Assembly: GCA_002269645.1 (NCBI GenBank)
Contig: NIVC01000068.1
Location: 124,001-188,000 of the forward strand
DNA length: 64,000 bases
Source: Macrostomum lignano
Lineage: Eukaryota
Direction: 5' to 3'
Numbering within the stretch: position 1 is the stretch's first letter; the number at the start of each line of letters is the position of its first letter. The notes below the pieces were generated by a model, which was not told the DNA's origin, searched no databases, and saw only the letters and a program-made list of their open reading frames with translations. The translations under genes were made by a program, and so were the position numbers. Shown here piece after piece: positions 1-12,849 of this stretch.

Positions 1-156
1 TGCTATTGTGCATACAAGACTCAAATCTAACGCTTTAATTCAAACACTTTAAGAAATAACAGCCCTTGCGGAAATTCAAATCAAACAAAGTCCCTTTCTA
101 TTGAAACAGAAGAACTTCAATTCAGACTGTCTGTGGCCAAAATTGTCCCCGAGTAA

Positions 157-168
157 CGCGCATGCGCA
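157..168. promoter_or_regulatory. NRF1-type palindrome CGCGCATGCGCA in a CpG-containing promoter-like segment; possible promoter of the DHHC gene
   Basis: Exact match to YGCGCAYGCGCR at 157-168; TTCCGG (ETS-like) at 252-257; candidate donors CAG|GTAACC (381) and TTG|GTAAGG (408). Link to the DHHC gene is inference. Confidence 0.4.
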
Positions 169-380
169 GATTTGAAATTCAAAAGAAACAAAGTCACATT
201 CTATTTCGTCAGATTAAGTATGAAGTCAGATTATAATGCGTGCAAAAATAGTTCCGGGGCTTTATTGCAATTCAACGAATTTAAAATCCGCGGGTTTTAC
301 CAGTAAAAAAACTATTCGATTTTGTTATTTTATATGTATTATAGATATACTAGCTGGTCTGTTCAATAGCGTATTTCTCA

Positions 381-470
381 GGTAACCGATTTCGTCAACA
401 ATGCTTGGTAAGGTAAACCGAATTCGTCAACAGAGTTGACGAATTAGATGTTGACGAATTCGGTGGCACC
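381..470. mobile_element. 90-bp palindromic MITE-like element
   Basis: Imperfect terminal inverted repeats ACCGA(T/A)TTCGTCAAC; four TTCGTCAAC/GTTGACGAA motifs; perfect 11-bp hairpin AATTCGTCAAC-AGA-GTTGACGAATT at 421-445. No clear TSD. Confidence 0.35.
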
Positions 471-1559
471 CATATAAGTTAGGCCCTAACTTAGGGGCGT
501 TAGGGCCTACACTGCTTTTGCAATGGTCTTTTCAGAATTTTCATGCTAGTAAACATTCATGCTTGTTAACAATATCCCCCAGCATTGAGTTTCAGAATTC
601 AGACTTTATCTCTAGAGTCTGGCTACTAAAGTCAAGACTAGGCCTAAAGTTGTTTATATGGAGATTTTATTTGGCCCAGCAGTGCAGTAGGGCCTAGCAG
701 GCAGTTTTTTTCCTGAGCTAATTTTAATTTGAGGCCAATACTATAATATCATATTTGTCTATACCCCTAGGCCTAATAATAAATTTTTGCTGAGTAGGCC
801 TGCTGCCTACATGGGATATAAGACTAGGCCCTAATAATTCCCTGAATCCTGATAAGTATTTATTCTTATACTAAAGGGTTTAGATCTTAGTTTGAGTTTG
901 ACAATTACTTTTTAATGATAAGGCACAGATATTGTTATAGTGACCATATAATATAAATAACAAAATGGTTAAGCCTATTTTTACGGTTAATGTATAAGAC
1001 ACTATCTGGATGATTGGGCCTTAGGTCTTTACTTAATTTAATCATATAAATAGCAAAACTATTATTTTTATGGTCACTGTAGGTAGGAAGCAAAATGGCT
1101 ATTTTTATAGGCCTAGTGGAATTTTAGTGAAATTACAAATAGGCCTACAATGTAATTGTTAACAATTACCTAAAGTAAGCTATTGCAAAAAGAACCAAAG
1201 AACCAATGGTTACTACAAGTACTAGAAGTAATCATTGTGAACCTATCAATATATTTTAATTTAACCACCTTAGCTTAATATTTGCATTGCAAGTTTGTCA
1301 CTTCATTTAGAGGGTATTTGTTTTAATGTTGAGCTATAAAAATAACCATCTTGCTATTTATATAATCACCGTAACAATAGGCCTAATAATTGCCTAATGA
1401 TAAACTAGGCATCTAGTAGGCCTAGGCAATACCAATATAGGTATATATATAAAGACCCAAAGATTATGATATATATCTTGCGTGCACATGCTTGCAAAAA
1501 AGACAAGGACAGTTTATGACAGATTGTAAGGTCAGGTTAATGGCTTATAGGTCAGACTT

Positions 1560-4520
1560 TAGCATGGCGGTCAGCGTGGCAGTCTAGCCTTGGCCCTATT
1601 AGACACTTACACTCAGTTGGTTGATATAGCAAGGTGAGTGCCAGCGGGTTTTGCCCCTCTCTACCATAGCTACAAAGGCAGTGGCCAATAAGCATTATCT
1701 AGCGCTAATAGAAGGTGGCACTGAGCTGAAGTATGCAGGCTCTTGCTATCAATAGGTCCGTTGGCAACTGCTCTGGATAATGGATAGGGCCTACCAAGTG
1801 CAAATGGCAGTAGCAATTGGTAGACAGTGTCCAAGGCTTGAGACCTCAAGTCAGTCATTGGCACTACCTCTAGTCCAAATAGGAAGATTGGCTCTATGAA
1901 AGCGCGGAACAAGTGTATCTTTAGGTTGTCATTGGCTAGGCCTATGACCTCTAGTCAGCAATGATAGAGTCAGGGCTCATCACAAGGGAGCCCAGGTACT
2001 AGAAGTCTTTGCAGACTGAATGACTTGCCTATCTAGTAGGGTTAGGATTGGTGCTGCATTGGTGCCTATATGCAGCACCATCTTGTGTGCATTGATTTGC
2101 AGTCCAACTTGGGCACTTTCCTCATAGAGTTTCAAGAGCACTCTCTAGGTGGCAGTTGGACTGCGGCACAGCAAGGCAATGTTGTTGGTGTACACAAGGG
2201 TGGGCAAAAGGGTAGCATTGCAGTGGGAGCTTTGGTGTGATGCCAGCAGGTAACTGTCCTCCTCTATAAGGCTTTGGCGTAGCACATAGTCAACAACAAG
2301 GACGAAAAGCAAAGAGGCCAATGTGTCACCTTGAAGGATTCCAGGGCTAGTGCAGAAGTCCTTAGTTGGGCTATTGCTGGTTTGGACAAAGGCTTTGCTG
2401 TTGTTATAAAGGTCCATCACTATGGAGATAAAAGCCAGGGGGATGCCATAGTGCTCAAGTAGCCACGCAATTGCGTACTGGCACACTGAGTCAAAAGCTT
2501 TGCAGAAATCCACAAAGACAATTGACACAGCTCTTTGGTGAGTTTTACAGGCTTCAACAACTGCTAGAAAGGCTGCAATTTGCTCTGTTGTCAAGCAGCT
2601 AGGCCTGAAGCCACTTTGGAGGCTCAGGATCATTTGGTTAAGGCCAGGTAGTAGCCAATTATGCAGTATAGCATTGAGCAGCTTAGCCAAAATGCATTCC
2701 AGAGCAATGCCATGTTGGTTATCCAGACCAGTGGCGCAACCAGGGGGGGCAGTCGCCCCCCCTTAGGCGGGGGACCGAAAAAAAATCAAAGGGGGGACCA
2801 AGCGAATTTTCGCCAAAAACAGAGCCACCCCTCCGCCGCCCCCCCCCCCTCCCGGGACTTTACCCTCAGAATCCACCCCCCCCCTTGAAAAATTTCTGGT
2901 TGCGCTACTGATCCAGACTGGTGGATGCACCCTTCTTGGGGATAGAGATAATCTTAGAGGTGTGCCAGTTGTTAGCAGCAGTAGCATCTAAGTTGCCTCC
3001 AAGTAGACAATGCTTGTTGAGCACAGTCATGATATCCTGTGTATGTCAGCTCTGGCAGCTTAAGCACCCCAGGTGAAATGCCATCTACTCCGGCAGCAGC
3101 ATTAGGATGCATGGTCTTGAGCACTCAGTTCACCTTATAGGCAGTTAGCAAGCCAGAGTTGAAAGTCAAGGGCTCAGCCAGAGTAAAATTTTTAATCAGC
3201 AGCAAATCAGTACAGAGGGTAATAGAGTGTTATGCACATTGTGGTAATGAGTGGCTAGCAGGGCTTTGTGATGGTGTATGAACTCAGCATCTACAATGGC
3301 ATTGGCCCTCTGCTTCCTGCCAGTCAGGCAATTGATGGCATGCTAGGCCGCTGTATGCTGGCAGTTGTCTGTTGCTAGTTGAATTTTAGCAATAGCCTTC
3401 TGGACAAAGGCTTTGGTCCTCTGGGCATGCATGTCGCATAGTTGGGCCTAGGCTATTTCAGCCTACTCACTGTCTTGGCCAAAGACTGCGGTTGTTCTTT
3501 GCATGTCGCACCTAGCAATGGAGATCTCTTCGTTGGAGTCCTAGAAGGCTTTTGGCTGGTGTGGTTTTCATTTTGGTAGGATCAAGGCAGCTTTCTCAAT
3601 AGCTTTGGTGAAGGCATCCATTGATTCATTCAGGGCCAGAGTAGCATTTTGCAGCTTTTCAATGAACGCACTGTGCATGTCTAGGTTTCTCAGATCTACC
3701 CAAAGGGGGTACAGTAGGCCAGCCTTGAACTTTTTCTATTGGCAGTCAATGTTGCAGGCCAGCAGAGAATGGTTAGACCTCACATAGCTAGGGCAGATAT
3801 TGACCACTTTGTGCAATAGAGATCTGATGGCCAATAGGCACAAAATCCAGTCTAGCCTAGTGGTCTGTCCATTTGTGCCTAAGAAGTCGGGCAGCTTGTT
3901 GTACTACTGCCGCATGATACCATTGGCTGCAATCAGGTCTTGAGAGTGAATGAAAGTTGGCAGGAAGTCCAAGTTGGTATTAGTAGAGCCGCAGTTGTTC
4001 TTTACCAGGTGGCTATCAGGAGACAGTGGCATGTTGAAGTCTCTAGGAACAAAAAGCAGGTCACAACTAGGGACCAAGTCAATGAGTGATCCTAGGTGGT
4101 CATACATTGACTTAGTCTCGGTAGGGTCAGTAGCTGTACGTGGGGCTAAGGGGGCGTAGATGCAGATTACATGAAGGTGCCTGTCCTTTGTGGCAAAAGA
4201 GGCAATGCCAAGGCGGTCAGTTGGGAAGCTAACATTCAGAAGGGCCCTTGAAGCACCAGGTGATAGCAGAAACCCAATGCCTCCAGTGCCCTAGGCTGAG
4301 GCTGGGGTGGCTTGGAACTGCTAGCCAAGGCCTGGATTAGCGCACTTTTTGGTGCTCTTGCAGTGTTCTTGGATAGCCAGAATAGAGATGTTCATGCTCT
4401 TTGCCAGCTTGGTTAATTCATGCAGTCTCCAGGGGGCAGTGAGAGTTTGTGCGTTGAAGGTAGCAAGTCTTATATAGTTATCAAGCTGGTTTTAACTTTC
4501 TTTGGTTGTCTTGATTGTTC
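1560..4520 (-). mobile_element. Degenerate RTE-clade-like non-LTR retrotransposon (APE endonuclease + RT), many stops/frameshifts
   Basis: Minus strand: endonuclease motifs IRLATFNAQTL...ILAIQEH (~4350-4475), IYAP and RDFN (for GDFN); RT motifs QSGFRP, FVDFCKAFDSV, GILQGDTLA, LVYTNNIALL (for YADD) in 2145-2690; tail LKIHLFRAFIEPIFLFG (~1880-1930). Ends approximate. Confidence 0.85.
2729..2910. mobile_element. hAT-type MITE (182 bp) inserted in the RTE element
   Basis: 15-bp TIRs CAGTGGCGCAACCAG (2729-2743) and CTGGTTGCGCTACTG (2896-2910), 14/15 match; perfect 8-bp TSD ATCCAGAC at 2721-2728 and 2911-2918. Confidence 0.9.
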
Positions 4521-4681
4521 TGCTAGCTAGTGCAGTGCAGAGGACTGGCAAGGATAATGTGTCCAATCATCTAGCACATACATGCGCAACCCCCCTGATT
4601 TACACTGGCCATGCGACTTACTTTTTGACCAAAAATGCGACTTACCTGTGAAAGAAACCCTAAAGCAAAAAACACTTATTT

Positions 4682-4745
4682 GGGTAAACGGCAGGAGTAA
4701 CTATGACTGTCTTATCAGGCCTAAATGCCTCGACATCTAATTAGT
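4682..4745 (+). pseudogene. 64-nt fragment resembling 28S rRNA (helix 69-71, R2/I-PpoI target region)
   Basis: GGGTAAACGGCAGGAGTAACTATGACTGTCTTATCAGGCCTAAATGCCTCGACATCTAATTAGT aligns ungapped, 54/64, to the eukaryotic 28S consensus as recalled (GGGTAAACGGCGGGAGTAACTATGACTCTCTTAAGGTAGCCAAATGCCTCGTCATCTAATTAGT). Confidence 0.75.
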
Positions 4746-7394
4746 TCTACGTCCGTATTCTTTGGGGTGGCATTTTTGCGACTTACCCCTGGTCCACCAC
4801 AATTTACAGTGGCCAGATCGGCCAGGTCGGCCAGCAGTTGCGCATGTATGATCTAGCAGGCTCTGGCTAGGTAGGCTGCAAGTCCTAGTGGAGCTAGCAG
4901 GCAGCAGTGCACAATGCATTGCATTGGGCATTAAAGTGTGTGCATCAGCATTTGGAGCTATATACACTCCACCATCCTCTGTGGGTCACGATCTTTGTTT
5001 GCCACTCTGTCAAGTTGATGGCGACACCATTGGCACCTGGCCCTGTTGACTAGGGGCTGGAGGTGGGCAACCAATTGTCTTGCATTGGGCATGAAATTAT
5101 AGCCAACTGAAAACTATAGCCAATTGAAAATTATAGCCAATGTAACAAGGTCCTAAGCCAGGATGGTGTATTTTATACATCAAGCATGTGGAACCATTTT
5201 TTTACCAGAAAGGTGCATAGAACAGAAGAGTTTTTGCCAGAAAAGCATATATTTTTGCAAAATTTTGGATTTAAATATTATCAATAGTATTACTAGTGCA
5301 GATAATAATTTACTAAAGCTCCCTCAAAGCCAAAGAAAAAAATTAATAAAGTTTTATGTGTGCACATTAATTATTTATTGTCCATATAGAATCGATTACT
5401 TTTTGGGAGGAATTTCACCCTAGGTCCTAAGAACTTGGCATGGAATAATATTTCCCATTCATGGTATATAGTACTTATAGTCTCAAAGTCTATAGTCTTA
5501 TAGTCTACTCTTCTGCAATCTAGCTGCTGCCCAATGCACTCTCACAAGGCTCTGTAATGAGGGTGCCCATGTTGGGCTGCTGGTGAATGCTTGCAAGATG
5601 GAGGCTCTACACATAGGCTCAAATGCCCCCCCCCCAACTCTCACGCTGCCCAATGGAGACTGCATCCCCTCTAGCTCTGGCCATGCTGCACGGGCCGACT
5701 GAGCAATTGTGCTGCAGCCAGGCTCGCACTGCCACTCTAATAGACTGGCTCATCGCTGACCTGCAGGCACTTGACCTGACCCTATTAGAATTAGATAGAA
5801 ATTATTCCTATGATACCATAGAGATAAAAATATCAAACAATAATATTTAATAACAAGTTTGCCATCTTTTCAAAAATATATAAATCATTAAAAATATATT
5901 TAGAGACAAAACAATAAAAGAATTGAATTATTTCCTTTCCTACTTGGCATTGTACTAGGCCTAGATTTTCTTTTCTTTTTTATATGCCATATTACACTAT
6001 CTACACTAGTCAATATAGAGCTAGGCTATTTTCTATGCTGCATTATATCAATTAGCACAGTTGAATCGAACTACCACTTTTGATGCTAGAATTTTATACA
6101 AAGGCCACCCACCTTCTTGATTATTTATAGTCTATAGACCTATTTGGCTAGTCTAGTCCATAGTTCATAGGCTCATAGTCTAAAAGGTAGCCTTTATGAT
6201 AGAAAATTCTAGCATATCTTTGCATTTCATTGAAAGTCTTGGTAATATAATACTTTTTAGCATATATATACAACCTTGGGAATCACCTGGCCATTTCTAT
6301 TGGCAACACACATATAAGTTGCTATTGTCTAAGAGGCTAAGAGCAGTCATATGATTACTATTCTATTCAATAGCAACTGACATATGTCTGTGTATATGTA
6401 CTCGAATGTGTACATGTATGTGTTGCCAATAGAAATGGCCAGGTGAATCCCTAGTTAATACCCAAGCATACTTTTTAAGCATAGCATTGGCATACATAGT
6501 TGGTGTATAAAATAGTCAATTTTAGGTTAGGTATAGGTCTATATAGGTATATGGTATAGCTAAATTTTGAATAAAGAAAGCTCTTAAAAGTTTTTAGAAA
6601 CGATAGTTAAAATAGTATGTAATAACCCTATATAAAAATGAAAATAAATTGAAGAAAAATGTTTATACAAGAAACAGAATCTTTATAATAGTTTAGGGCC
6701 TAAAACTCTTGTTTCTATTTAAAGATTATTTTGTAAAAAAGTTTGGTATATAAGTACATTTGTACATATAAATAGAAGCCTGACATCCTTTATGTAGGCA
6801 TATAGGCAGTGACCTATCAATATCTAGCATTTCCTCTACAAGGTATAGACTAAGGATGGCATATGACCCCTTGGATCTATTGGTGGATGCTATTGATGGC
6901 TATGTCACTTTTTAGGCCCCAAATCATTTGACCAGATCTAAAAATAGCTATTAGCAATAAATTGATATGATACAATGCTGAGTGTATATAGCTATTGCTA
7001 TATCCATAGCTATCAAATTGCTATGGATATTCTATGAAAAATGTTTGAAATACCATAGTTGCTAAGCAATACTTTTGGCCTAACATGTTTTGCAACGTAA
7101 AGAAAAAATTATTAGAAAGTTGTCAATCAATTTTGCTAAATTTGCTAGCTAGCTAGTAGTTACACTTTATAAAGTATATTTATAATGACTAGATATCTTA
7201 CTGATAAGTGATGGACCTTAACAAATATGAAATTAATATTTGAGGCTATATTTCCAGATTGGATCTTTCTAATTTTTCATTTTTCTGTTTTATTAAGGTT
7301 TTAATTATCAATTTATAAATTGTATTTTTCAATGTCTTACAGCAAATCATTCTATATAAATTGAAATTGCAATCAAACCTCACTTATAAAAAGA

Positions 7395-10300
7395 ATGAAG
7401 CTGTTCTGGAAAGATCTGCTCAGCTATTTAGCCGTGTGGTTTGTCTGGCTTTATGGCGCCATTGAAGTGCCCAGACTAGTTTTGCTGCCCCGTCTGTCTG
7501 ATTTAAGTGCACTAGCACTAATATGGTACATATTTGTACTGGTCACCACTTTGGCCTGTTTTCTAATGGCTGGCCAGTCTAACCCTGGTTACGTCACCAG
7601 TGATGAGGATGTGAAGCAGTATGTGGGAAGGTTTCTAATTAAAGACCGGCCTGGCATGGAGTTCTGTCCGAAGTGCAATAGAGAACGGCCTGTGCGGTCG
7701 CATCATTGCTCAAGGTGAGTGCACAGGATCACAGGTGTGACATTTTCAATGATAGGAATGACATTCTCAAATTACAGACTGTGACATTCTCAAAATACAG
7801 ACTGACATTCTCAAAATACAGACTGTGACATTCTCAAAATACAGACTGACATTCTCAAAATACAGACAGTGACATTCTCAAAATACAGACTGTGACATTC
7901 TCAAAATACAGACTGTGACATTCTCAAAATACAGACTGTGACATTCTCAAAATACAGACTGTGACATTCTCAAAATACAGACTGTGACATTCTCAAAATA
8001 CAGACTGACATTCTCAAAATACAGACTGACATTCTCAAAATACAGACTGTGACATTCTCAAAATACAGACTGTGACATTCTCAAAATACAGACTGTGACA
8101 TTCTCAAAATACAGACTGTGACATTCTCAAAATACAGACTGTGACATTCTCAAAATACAGACTGTGACATTCTCAAAATACAGACTGACATTCTCAAAAT
8201 ACAGACTGACATTCTCAAAATACAGACTGACATTCTCAAAATACAGACTGTGACATTCTCAAAATACAGACTGTGACATTCTCAAAATACAGACTGTGAC
8301 ATTCTCAAAATACAGACTGTGACATTCTCAAAATACAGACTGTGACATTCTCAAAATACAGACTGTGACATTCTCAAAATACAGACTGACATTCTCAAAA
8401 TACAGACTGTGACATTCTCAAAATACAGACTGTGACATTCTTAAAATACAGACTGTGACATTCTCAAAATACAGACTGTGACATTCTCAAAATACAGACT
8501 GTGACATTCTCAAAATACAGACTGTGACATTCTCAAAATACAGACTGTGACATTCTCAAAATACAGACTGTGACATTCTCAAAATACAGACTGACATTCT
8601 CAAAATACAGACTGTGACATTCTCAAAATACAGACTGTGACATTCTCAAAATACAGACTGACATTCTCAAAATACAGACTGTGACATTCTCAAAATACAG
8701 ACTGTGACATTCTCAAAATACAGACTGTGACATTCTCAAAATACAGACTGTGACATTCTCAAAATACAGACTGTGACATTCTCAAAATACAGACTGTGAC
8801 ATTCTCAAAATACAGACTGACATTCTCAAAATACAGACTGTGACATTCTCAAAATACAGACTGTGACATTCTCAAAATACAGACTGACATTCTCAAAATA
8901 CAGACTGTGACATTCTCAAAATACAGACTGTGACATTCTCAAAATACAGACTGTGACATTCTCAAAATACAGACTGTGACATTCTCAAAATACAGACTGT
9001 GACATTCTCAAAATACAGACTGTGACATTCTCAAAATACAGACTGTGACATTCTCAAAATACAGACTGTGACATTCTCAAAATACAGACTGTGACATTCT
9101 CAAAATACAGACTGTGACATTCTCAAAATACAGACTGTGACATTCTCAAAATACAGACTGTGACATTCTCAAAATACAGAGTGTGACATTCTTAAAATAC
9201 AGACTGTGACATTCTCAAAATACAGACTGACATTCTCAAAATACAGACTGACATTCTCAACATACAGACTGTGACATTCTCAAAATACAGACTATGACAC
9301 TCTCAAAATACAGACTGTGACATTCTCAGAATACAGACTGACATTCTCAGAATACAGACTGTGACATTCTCAAAATACAGACTGACATTCTCAAAATACA
9401 GACTGTGACATTCTCAAAATACAGACTGTGACATTCTCAAAATACAGACTGTGACATTCTCAAAATACAGACTGTGACATTCTCAAAATACAGACTGTGA
9501 CATTCTCAAAATACAGACTGTGACATTCTCAAAATACAGACTGACATTCTCAAAATACAGACTGTGACATTCTCAAAATACAGACTGTGACATTCTTAAA
9601 ATACAGACTGTGACATTCTCAAAATACAGACTGTGACATTCTCAAAATACAGACTGTGACATTCTCAAAATACAGACTGTGACATTCTCAAAATACAGAC
9701 TGTGACATTCTCAAAATACAGACTGTGACATTCTCAAAATACAGACTGTGACATTCTCAAAATACAGACTGTGACATTCTCAAAATACAGACTGTGACAT
9801 TCTCAAAATACAGACTGACATTCTCAAAATACAGACTGTGACATTCTCAGAATACAGACTGACATTCTCAGAATACAGACTGTGACATTCTCAAAATACA
9901 GACTGACATTCTCAAAATACAGACTGTGACATTCTCAAAATACAGACTGTGACATTCTCAAAATACAGACTGTGACATTCTCAAAATACAGACTGTGACA
10001 TTCTCAAAATACAGACTGTGACATTCTCAAAATACAGACTGACATTCTCAAAATACAGACTGTGACATTCTCAAAATACAGACTGTGACATTCTCAAAAT
10101 ACAGACTGTGACATTCTCAAAATACAGACTGTGACATTCTCAAAATACAGACTGTGACATTCTCAAAATACAGACTGACATTCTCAAAATACAGACTGTG
10201 ACATTCTCAAAATACAGACTGTGACATTCTCAAAATACAGACTGTGACATTCTCAAAATACAGACTGTGACATTCTCAAAATACAGACTGTGACATTCTC

Positions 10301-12722
10301 AAAATACAGACTGTGACATTCTCAAAATACAGACTGTGACATTCTCAAAATACAGACTGTGACATTCTCAAAATACAGACTGTGACATTCTCAAAATACA
10401 GAGTGTGACATTCTTAAAATACAGACTGTGACATTCTCAAAATACAGACTGACATTCTCAAAATACAGACTGACATTCTCAACATACAGACTGTGACATT
10501 CTCAAAATACAGACTATGACACTCTCAAAATACAGACTGTGACATTCTCAGAATACAGACTGACATTCTCAGAATACAGACTGTGACATTCTCAAAATAC
10601 AGACTGACATTCTCAAAATACAGACTGTGACATTCTCAAAATACAGACTGTGACATTCTCAAAATACAGACTGTGACATTCTCAAAATACAGACTGTGAC
10701 ATTCTCAAAATACAGACTGTGACATTCTCAAAATACAGACTGACATTCTCAAAATACAGACTGTGACATTCTCAAAATACAGACTGTGACATTCTTAAAA
10801 TACAGACTGTGACATTCTCAAAATACAGACTGTGACATTCTCAAAATACAGACTGTGACATTCTCAAAATACAGACTGTGACATTCTCAAAATACAGACT
10901 GTGACATTCTCAAAATACAGACTGTGACATTCTCAAAATACAGACTGTGACATTCTCAAAATACAGACTGTGACATTCTCAAAATACAGACTGACATTCT
11001 CAAAATACAGACTGTGACATTCTCAGAATACAGACTGACATTCTCAGAATACAGACTGTGACATTCTCAAAATACAGACTGACATTCTCAAAATACAGAC
11101 TGTGACATTCTCAAAATACAGACTGTGACATTCTCAAAATACAGACTGTGACATTCTCAAAATACAGACTGTGACATTCTCAAAATACAGACTGTGACAT
11201 TCTCAAAATACAGACTGTGACATTCTCAAAATACAGACTGACATTCTCAAAATACAGACTGTGACATTCTCAAAATACAGACTGTGACATTCTTAAAATA
11301 CAGACTGTGACATTCTCAAAATACAGACTGTGACATTCTCAAAATACAGACTGTGACATTCTCAAAATACAGACTATGACATTCTCAAAATACAGACTGT
11401 GACATTCTCAAAATACAGACTGTGACATTCTCAAAATACAGACTGTGACATTCTCAAAATACAGACTGTGACATTCTCAAAATACAGACTGTGACATTCT
11501 CAAAATACAGACTGACATTCTCAAAATACAGACTGTGACATTCTCAAAATACAGACTGTGACATTCTTAAAATACAGACTGTGACATTCTCAAAATACAG
11601 ACTGTGACATTCTCAAAATACAGACTGTGACATTCTCAAAATACAGACTGACATTCTCAAAATACAGACTGTGACATTCTCAAAATACAGACTGTGACAT
11701 TCTCAAAATACAGACTGACATTCTCAAAATACAGACTGTGACATTCTCAAAATACAGACTGTGACATTCTCAAAATACAGACTGACATTCTCAAAATACA
11801 GACTGTGACATTCTCAAAATACAGACTGTGACATTCTCAAAATACAGACTGTGACATTCTTAAAATACAGACTGTGACATTCTCAAAATACAGACTGTGA
11901 CATTCTCAAAATACAGACTGTGACATTCTCAAAATACAGACTGACATTCTCAAAATACAGACTGTGACATTCTCAAAATACAGACTGTGACATTCTCAAA
12001 ATACAGACTGACATTCTCAAAATACAGACTGTGACATTCTCAAAATACAGACTGTGACATTCTCAAAATACAGACTGTGACATTCTCAAAATACAGACTG
12101 ACATTCTCAAAATACAGACTGTTTGATTTATTACTCATTTCAACTGGCCAGATGCAATTGCTGCGTACTAGAGATGGATCATCACTGCCCATTCGTGCTC
12201 AACTGCATTGGCGAGCACAATAGATGGCGATTCATCCTATTGTTATTCTATGGCATACTGTTGTGCGCCAGCGCTCAATACCACCTGTGGCGCGATCTGC
12301 TTGGTTACTACGCGCCCACCTGCGGCATTTCCCATGCTAAAGCTGCCCCACACACTCTGTCGGGAGGCAGAATAGAGCCTGCCATTGATTCATCATCTTC
12401 GCCTTGTCCGGATTATCGGTTAGCGCGTCTAATTAGCGCAATTATAATTAGTTTAATCACAATGGTTGCCATGGGGATGCTGTTCACTGTGCAGAGCATC
12501 GGTATTCGAGAGTCTAGAACTACATTAGAATTGTTGGAAATTGTCAGACAAAAACAGCTACCGTCGGCGGCCGATTCGAGAGGCCGACGGTTGACGCTGT
12601 TCGAGTCAATGTCGCGCGTATTCGGCTACGACTCACCCTGGGTCTGGCCTGTGCCCTGCCGGCGGCGGAAAGACCGACTGATTGACGAGGAGGTGGTGAA
12701 ACTCAGCAGTATTAATGTGTGA
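7395..12722 (+). CDS. DHHC-type protein S-palmitoyltransferase (ZDHHC family), 2 coding exons, ~296 aa
   Basis: Exons 7395-7714 (AAG|gtgagt) and 12152-12722 (ggccag|A); splicing gives [41 protein letters not shown] (DHHC cysteine-rich domain) flanked by hydrophobic helices. Upstream acceptor cttacag at 7336-7342 suggests a non-coding first exon. Confidence 0.93.
7736..12121. repeat. 23-bp minisatellite (TGTGACATTCTCAAAATACAGAC) with 21-bp variant, filling the DHHC intron
   Basis: About 190 near-identical units read directly. Confidence 0.98.
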
Positions 12723-12849
12723 CGGATTCCATTGATTGATGCTCATTGGCCTACTAGGGGTCACTGCGTGCAGCTCTTTCTAGTGGCCACTTGTGGCAGC
12801 TTTCTGTTCTGTTTCTCCTAGTTCTTTGTCTGCTTTTTCTTGCTCCCCT

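Noticed and set aside
471-7340. Fungal-type RIP as the cause of TpA/CTAG richness
   Set aside because: CpA and TpG remain abundant and most interpretable changes fit CpG deamination; the genes are animal-type.
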